Origin: Octopus vulgaris
Taxonomy: Eukaryota
Direction: 5' to 3'
Length of the DNA stretch: 64,000 nucleotides
Assembly (NCBI GenBank): GCA_951406725.2
Contig: OX597816.1
Location: 63,364,001-63,428,000, forward strand
Part shown: piece after piece, positions 56,089 to 64,000 of the stretch
How positions within the stretch are numbered: position 1 is the stretch's first letter
Layout: each line of letters begins with the position of its first letter
The notes under the pieces: generated by a model
Databases searched by the model: none
What the model was told of the DNA's origin: nothing
The model's input: only the letters and a program-made list of their open reading frames with translations
Made by a program: the position numbers and the translations under genes

Positions 56089-57416
56089 GTGGAAGCCAAA
56101 AACAGGAAAGAAAAAGCAAGGGATCTACCCTGGTGGTCGGATGCCTATCCTTCAGAGAAGCCATTACAAATTTCATTTATAATGAGCAACGCTTAAGTCA
56201 AAAGTTATAAACATATTTATTAAATTATTGTAAATTTTAAATTGTAATTTTTTAATCGTTACAGCTACTTCACCCTTTTATGTTTGTTCTTGTTCGTCCC
56301 CTCTTTGTAATGCCTTTTTGGAATATATTTATGAAATAAAGTAGCTTACTTACCAACCACATAGTTTCAGGTTCAGTCCCACTGCGTGGCACTTTGGGCA
56401 AGTGTCTTCTCCAATAGCCTTGGGCCGATCAAAGCCTTGTGAGTGGATTTGGTTGACGGAACTGACTTGTTCATTGTAGGTTTCTAAATAAACAGAAATA
56501 CCTAATAAAATCAACATGTATCATCTTACTGTTTCTTACTGTCTCTTCATTGATTGTATATTTTATCTGTGGTGTTTGTGGTCTTATGGGCTGGGATGAG
56601 CTATGTGGTGTTGGTGGAGAGAATTGCAGATGTTAGACAGAAGTGAAGATTGCAGGGACCGGTGGAACAACCACGGGGCATGCGTGGGCAGGAAGAACGT
56701 GCAGGCAATTCGAGCAGAGACGGCAGCGTGCAAGGACGTGTTTATTTCTTGACAGTGATCGCTCATCCCGCCGAGGTCAACAGGTAAGGTCTTTGTATTT
56801 CTTTCTCCCGTTTGCTTCTTTTTCTGTTGTCTTCTTCCTCCATCACACTTTAAAAAAAAATTTATCTGCATGTGTTTACTTTATGCGCATTTCAGTTTTA
56901 TGTATACCTCTCATATATCTGTGTACATCAATATGTGTGTGTTTGAAAATGAGGGCTTCTGTTTCCAAAACTCTAAAGTCGAGTAACGTCTCCATGCTTG
57001 GATTTGTAAACTACGATAAGAATAACACTGGTCAACAAAGAATTTGACCCAAGGAAAGAATACCTGTATCTTATATGCTTTTGCATGCAGAATTAAAAAA
57101 TAATGTCAAATTATCTGAGTCCCCCACAATTTCTCTGTTCCATGATATCCCTCTCAGTTCCTGTTACGTTAAGCTGTTGAAATGTGAAGCTAACGGTTTG
57201 AGAAATAATCCTATTTTAGGTTTTTATTAATAGAATTAACTTAGTGAAGTCATAAATCCAGCTATCTGAGTCAATGAGTCCCCAAAATACATGAAACGAA
57301 AAATATTTTAAAATACTAACACACAGAAAAATATATAATATACTAACACAGAAAATTTAAAACAAAATACGCAGGTGAAAATAATCTCATGTTGTGAAGA
57401 ATCACGGTGAAATATC

Positions 57417-57648
57417 TATTTCTTTACTACCCACAAGGAGCTAAACACAGAGGGGACAAACAAGGACCGACAAACGGATTAAGTCGATTACATTGACTCC
57501 AGTGCGTAACTGGTACTTAATTTATCGACCCCGAAAGGATGAAAGGCAAAGTCGACCTCGGCGGAATTTGAACTGAGACGTAACGGCAGACGAAATACGG
57601 CTACGCATTTCACCCGACGTGCTAACGTTTCTGCCAGCTCGCCGCCTT
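57417..57648 (-). mobile_element. Full-length family A SINE with Tx1-like tail
   Basis: 16-bp TSD ATCACGGTGAAATATC at 57401-57416 and 57649-57664. Confidence 0.92.
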
Positions 57649-57964
57649 ATCACGGTGAAATATCAACATAGACAACAGTGAACCACAACACAGCGTACAG
57701 TTGTCATGGTAACAAGCTGCTAATGTTACGCTGTCTGTTGATTGGCTAAAATTACTCTAATTTCCTAACTCTAATTCCAAATAACATCAGATTCTTTAAT
57801 TTACGAGATAAGGTAATTGGTTGATTGTAATCAAAATTCAGAGTTGCAGCGATACACCAAAATTGAAAGCAATCTGAGCAAAATTAAGTGGGGGTCATTT
57901 TGTGAATGAGAAAGACTAGACCCCTTGTGCCTATAATACAAAGAATAGTTAGTATTATTATTGG

Positions 57965-58395
57965 ATAAGGCAGCAAGCTGGCAGAATCGTTAGCACGCAA
58001 GGAAAAATACTTAGAGGGATTCGTCTGTCTTTACGTTCTGAGTTCAAATTCCTCTGAGTTCGACTTTACTTTTCATCCTGTCGGGGTTGATAAATTAAGT
58101 ACCATTTGAGTACCGGGTTCGATATAATCGACTTACCCTCTCCCCCGCCCCCAAATTTCAGGCCTTGTGCCTTTAGTAGAGAGGAATATTATTATTATTG
58201 GTTTCAAATTTTGACATCAGGCCAGTAATTTTGTGGGAGTAGGTAAATTATTCGAATACTTTTTCCGCCAACGATGTATATCTTTCATCCTTGCGGAGTC
58301 AATAAAAAAGTACCAGCTGAATACAAGGACCGACGTAATCGAATAGCCCCATCCTCAAAATTTCAGGCTTTTTGTCAAAAGCAGAAAGGATTATT
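57965..58395 (+). mobile_element. Family A SINE with ATT tail plus rearranged SINE fragments
   Basis: Full copy 57966-58185, then an inverted tail fragment and a further 3' half. Confidence 0.75.
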
Positions 58396-59752
58396 AATAT
58401 TATTAATATCTTTTTGACGGTATGGTGTAATTTGAGGAAGATTTGGCTGTTATTTCTAGTGACAACTTGGCAGTTTCCTTATTGGCTAGTGTGACAAGAT
58501 ATTCACACCGTATGCCATCCTCCCTCAGCTGTGAAACGTTAAAAAGCCGACAAACTTTAGAAGAAAACTTACCATCAAGATAAAAGCGATGCTCTCTATG
58601 GATTTTTAAAGACATACACGACACCATTAACAGAAAAATTATAGAAAAGAAGATAAAAATTGAAGCTGCCAACAAACTTCAAAGAGAGAAAGAAAAATTA
58701 CAGAAGATAAGTGAAGCAGAAATATTTATGTTCCATACATCGCTGGCGAAGAAAGTATTCGAGCAATTTACAAATTGTATCTGAGAGAATTCTTATACAG
58801 GATGTGCCAAAAGTCATTATTTTTTTTTTAAATAAGCTAATAATTTTAACAATCAGATGAAAAGATGAAATGTCTTATGAATACATAACGAGGGTTTATA
58901 TTTTATCTATTTAGAAATCAATTTAGTTAGCTTCAAATGAATTTAAACACCAAATTTGATGCATTCGTATTATTTTAGAAAGAGGTTAAGGGAAGCGAAT
59001 TAGAAAAAATGGATTTGCAGAAAAAAAAAAAAAAAAGAAAAAATTCCGATGTGATATTGGTGGCAGCTTATTACAATCTGAATTCAATCCCTGCTGCGAT
59101 CAAATAAATCTTCTTTGGTATTAAGCTAAAAAATTTTTTATCACGTAAAAAATGAAATATATTATGAGCGGATAAGGAGGGTTAATATATTTATTTAAAG
59201 ATTAATTTAATGATTTTAATATGGATTTAGATACCAGACTCAAAGTATTCATTTTAGAGACTGTTAGGGCTAAATTTAAAGGTCTGCATAAAGGAAAAGA
59301 AAACACATCCCATCTAAAAATAAAAGTATTCTCAAGAACTACAATGAAAAGAAGAAAAAAAGGTATCGGAGGGGCGATGCATACCCTGCGCGCATACAAA
59401 GATAAAATAAAATTTAATTTAATAAATATATTCTCAGACGATTTATATTTCAACAAAACGGCATCAAGAGTTATCTCCCCTGCTTATCGTTTATGCATAT
59501 GTAACAAAGAAAACAAGTTGACTCTCCGTCCGTCAGTTTCGAAGATAATCAAACCAAAATTTAATGAGTTTAAACTTCTCAACCAATGAGTATTCCTGCC
59601 AAATTTGGTGAAAATCCATTCTGCCGTTTTCCCGTAATTTCGTAAACACACAGACAAACCGTCAAGACGAGCGACTACAATAACCCCGCTTCGCTTACGT
59701 GTGAAGGGTTGCAAAAGAAAAAACACCAACTAAATTATGGGTAGGAGAGAAT

Positions 59753-60060
59753 TTACTCAAACTAGCTGCCCTCAGCTTCCACCACCATCTCAAGACGGGT
59801 CCGGAATTTGGCACGTGTGTTCCTCACTGTGTACCTGGAAAGATCTTCGAACAACTCCTTAATTTGGGCCAGCAGCTCGACCTTGGTATTGCAAGCAGAG
59901 CGGTTGGTGTTTTGCTTAATCGCGACTCACACATAATAATCTATGGGATTATAATCAGGGTAATTAGGAGGCAAGAAATTGGGATAATGTAGTCGTAGAA
60001 ATTCTCTGACAACCACTTCTAACTCTTTCTGGAGGTATGGCAAGGAGCTGAATCCTGCCG
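59753..60060 (-). mobile_element. DD37D (maT-like) mariner transposase C-terminal fragment
   Basis: Minus strand QDSAPCHTSRKS*KWLSENF...PPNYPDYNPIDYYV...RLEMVVEAEG; ~37 residues between the catalytic Asps across one frameshift. Confidence 0.8.
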
Positions 60061-60069
60061 CTATACTCT

Positions 60070-60596
60070 ATTTACTATCTTTTACTTGTTTCAGTCATTT
60101 GACTGCGGCCATGCTGGAGCACCGCCTACATATGACCTTCCGCAATCAACCCTCTCCAGCCAGGATTTTACCAGTCTCCCAGCAGCTTTACATACTCGAT
60201 TAAGTCCAAGGCTCTTTTACTTGTTTCAGTCATTTGACTGTGGCCATGCTGGAACACCGTCTTTAGTCGAAAAAATCGACCCCACGACTTATTCTTTGTA
60301 AGCCTAGTACTTATTCTATCGGTTTCTTTTGCCGAACCACTAAGTTACGGGGACGTAAACACACCAGCATCGGTTGTCAAATGATGTTGGGGGACAAACA
60401 CAGACACACAAACATATACACACACATATACATATATACGACGGGCTTCCTTCAGTTTCTGTCTACCAAATTCACTCACAAGGCTTTGGTCGGCCCGAGG
60501 CTATAGTAGAAGGTACTTGCCCAATGTGTCACGCAGTGGGACTGAACCCGGAACCATGTGGTCGGTAAGGAAGCTTCTTACCACACAGCCACTCCT
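60070..60596 (-). mobile_element. Family B SINE (60212-60596) plus a second tail fragment
   Basis: Reverse complement of the family B head, body and tail. Confidence 0.88.
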
Positions 60597-60770
60597 GTGT
60601 GTGTATGTGTGTGTGTGCGTGTGTATGTGTGTGTGTGCGTGTGTATGTGTGTGTGTGCGTGTGTATGTGTGTGTGCGTGTGTATGTGTGTGTGTGCGTGT
60701 GTATGTGTGTGTGTGCGTGTGTATGTGTGTGTGTGACAACCTCTTGACAACCGGTGTTACTTTGTTTACA

Positions 60771-61003
60771 TAAGGCGGCGAGCTGGCAGAAACGTTAGCA
60801 CGCCGGGCGAAATGCTTAGCGGTATTTCGTCTGCATTACGTTGTGAGTTCAAATTCCGCCGAGGTCGACTTTGCCTTTCATCCTTTCGGGGTCGATAAAT
60901 TAAGTACCAGTTACGCACTGGGGTCGATGTAATCGATTTAATACCTTTGTCTGTCCTTGTTTGTCCCCTCTGTGTTTAGCCCCTTGTGGGTAATAAAGAA
61001 ATA
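60771..61003 (+). mobile_element. Young family A SINE with Tx1-like tail, inserted in a family B SINE body
   Basis: 18-bp TSD GGTGTTACTTTGTTTACA at 60753-60770 and 61004-61021; CpGs intact. Confidence 0.93.
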
Positions 61004-61295
61004 GGTGTTACTTTGTTTACACCCCTGTAATGTAGCGGTTGCTCATAAGGGAACGATGGAGTAAGCACCAGGCTTAAAATAAGCACTGCTTTCGATTCAT
61101 TTGGCTAAAATCTCCTCAAGGCAGGTAAACAATAAAGAATACATTTTAATTAAGATATCGTTTATCTGGAAGTATATTACCCGATGTGATTTTTGTCTTA
61201 CTTTCAAAACATTAGCGTGTCATTTCAGTGAGTTCTGACTATTTTTTTTAGTAATGCGAGTGTCCAGGAATAGGCGCCATATTTGGGTCGGGTAT

Positions 61296-61911
61296 TTAAA
61301 AATGCATAAAAATATACGATAATTTCCATAGATATCCATTAATTAGATGGGCCGTTGATGATATCCGTCTAGCTGTCTCACGTTCAACTTTATCGTTCTG
61401 ATTGGCTTCCATACTTGCATATGCTCGGATATGACTTTTCCACACATCCATCGCTGTAGGACTTAACAAAATACAAAACGGATTAAAATAAAAACAGAAA
61501 AAAAAAATGAAATGATAATGAGACATCTGTACGTCAATGAATTTATACAACACTTTTGCTAGAGTTTCGGTCGCCATAGTAGGATCCAGTGACAAGTTTT
61601 GGAAGATGACTGGTTCTATTTTGACTGCAAGGTTTATATCAGAATATGTTTCTCCTAAAAGAACCGCATTTCCGACAGCTTCGTTAAAAACTACAGGCAT
61701 CTCTTTCTCTGTCTGAAAAATTTCTTATTGGAAATTCCTTACATGTTGATCTAACATGTAAGACTTTATAATTCCTGTTAATAAATGGAACACGTGTAAT
61801 GGTGAATGCATAATACCAAAAAATTGTAATTTCCAGTCTTGTAATATTTCTCTCTCTTTCTCTCTCTCTCTCTCTCTATGCATGTATGTGTGTGTGTGTG
61901 TGTGTACACAT

Positions 61912-61942
<31 letters not shown>

Positions 61943-61953
61943 CACACATTAAT

Positions 61954-62011
<58 letters not shown>

Positions 62012-62034
62012 GTCTCTTTCTCTCTCCCTGTCAC

Positions 62035-62069
<35 letters not shown>

Positions 62070-62136
62070 ATCTATCTATCTTTTTCTCTCTCTGTCTCTG
62101 TCTCTCTCCTTGTCTGTCTGTCTGTCCCTCTCCCGC

Positions 62137-62217
<81 letters not shown>

Positions 62218-62465
62218 AATACGTACGAGTATGTATGCATTAGCATATCTCTTGCATCTTTTGTTGAACTCTCCTGAAATGTACCGGACAGAAGTGAAGG
62301 TTTGTTTACAATCCGTGAATACAGCTTCACTTTCCTCAGCTCCTATGCATTCGAAAAGATCACCAAAATTATAACAAAATCACATTTACAAATAAGAATT
62401 TCGAAAAGACAAAGTCTTTGCTAGTTACTTCAGGAACTGGTCGACCACTTCTTGAAGAAGTGAGA

Positions 62466-62520
<55 letters not shown>

Positions 62521-62740
62521 GATATATGAAAAGAAAACAACGTTTGAGAGCACAGTAAGAAATGCAAAATCCAAATGCAATTAGCTGTGCAAGTTCCAGT
62601 TCTGTAAACAGAGTTTGTCCCAACGAAATTTATGCAGATTTATTCAATTCATGTGGATTAACGGACACATAAAATTTCTTTGTGCAGCAACCAAGTTCAC
62701 ACGAAGATAAAGAAAAGCTCTTAGAATTTTCTAATAGTTT
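61296..62740 (-). other. Possible decayed coding sequence of unknown identity, broken by microsatellites
   Basis: Complex-sequence reading frames ([18 protein letters not shown]..., MPVVFNEAVGNAVLL..., AMDVWKSHIRAY...) with candidate short GT-AG introns; no family recognised. Confidence 0.3.
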
Positions 62741-62931
62741 CTGCATAATAAAAACAGGCTTAATGCTAAGATGGTTGCTGTTTGTTTTCTTCTCAAAAAT
62801 GGGTTGCTTAATCGCCGTAATTGCATCATTTAGTTTGATGAAAGCCTAAGACAACTGAATTAATTCTAAAATGGTGAAATGGTTATTTTAAATTTGATAA
62901 AACATAACACCCTCATTATGTAAGCATACGA

Positions 62932-63327
62932 AGGCGGCGAGATGGCAGAAACGCTAGCACGCCGGGCAAAATGCTTAGCAGTATTTCGTCTGCCGTTACG
63001 TTCTGAGTTCAAATTCCGCAGAGGTTGACTTTGCCTTTCATCCTTTCGGGGTCGATTAAATAAGTACCAGTTACGCACTGGGGTCGATCTAATCGACTTA
63101 ATCCGTTTGTCTGTCCTTGTTTGTCCTCTCTGTGTTTATCCCCTTGTGGGTAGTAAAGAAATAGGTATTTCGTCTACCGCTACGTTCTGAGTTCAAATTC
63201 CGCCGAGGTCGACTTTGCCTTTCATCCTTTCGGGGTCGATAAATTAAGTACCAGTAACGTAGTGGGGTGGATCTAATCGACTGGCCCCTCCCCCCAAATT
63301 TCGGGCCTTGTGCCTAGAGTAGAAAAG
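62932..63327 (+). mobile_element. Dimeric family A SINE (Tx1-tail monomer plus ATT-tail half)
   Basis: Flanked by ATTATGTAAGCATACGA / ATTGTGTAAGCATATGA; same architecture as 49460-49848. Confidence 0.88.
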
Positions 63328-63592
63328 ATTGTGTAAGCATATGATAATAACAAATTTCGTCATCTTTTTCTAACGGGTTAAAAATTAAAGTACAGTACAA
63401 CTAGTTGTCATTGCTAGTTGTCACTTGCTTGTGAGTATGGTTTGGTGATACGCTTTGAATAAGATAAGCAGAGGAGAGTAAGAGAAGGAATGGTATTATG
63501 GGAGCAGCACTTTTGGGTATGCTATATAAGCTTGTATGGGGTGGGGTGAAAACTCAGTGGCTGCCCCGAGAGATACACGCATATACTGCGAT

Positions 63593-64000
<408 letters not shown>

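Larger units (their letters stand above)
50286..56338 (+). mobile_element. Full-length decayed L1-group (Tx1 clade) LINE
   Basis: TSD AAGTAGCTTGCTTAC (50271-50285) and AAGTAGCTTACTTAC (56339-56353); ORF1 with zinc knuckle; ORF2 with APE, RT and CCHC domains. Confidence 0.93.

Noticed and set aside
62428-62457. 30-bp near-palindrome centred on GTCGAC
   Set aside because: Real but isolated; no TSD, ribozyme core or second copy supports a function

Overview
AT-rich eukaryotic genomic DNA, very likely octopus (inferred from the SINE families and the extreme (TA)n/(CA)n/(TATC)n/(ATT)n microsatellite load). I can support no intact host protein-coding gene; most ORFs in the track are microsatellite read-throughs. 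The window holds dozens of tRNA-derived SINEs from at least three families, a full-length decayed Tx1-clade LINE (50286-56338) inserted with a TSD into a SINE head, a DD36E Tc1-type and a DD37D mariner-type transposase relic, an R4-like LINE relic, several MITEs, two minisatellites and one full-length 5S rRNA-like copy. Three observations stand out. (1) A dispersed set of degenerate minimal type-I hammerhead ribozyme motifs, mostly next to (TA)n and often within inverted repeats, consistent with Penelope-like/retrozyme-like elements. (2) A SINE family whose 3' tail matches the Tx1 LINE 3' end and shares its TSD signature, with swappable alternative tails. (3) A 5S+SINE chimera. All calls were made by eye without database searches.
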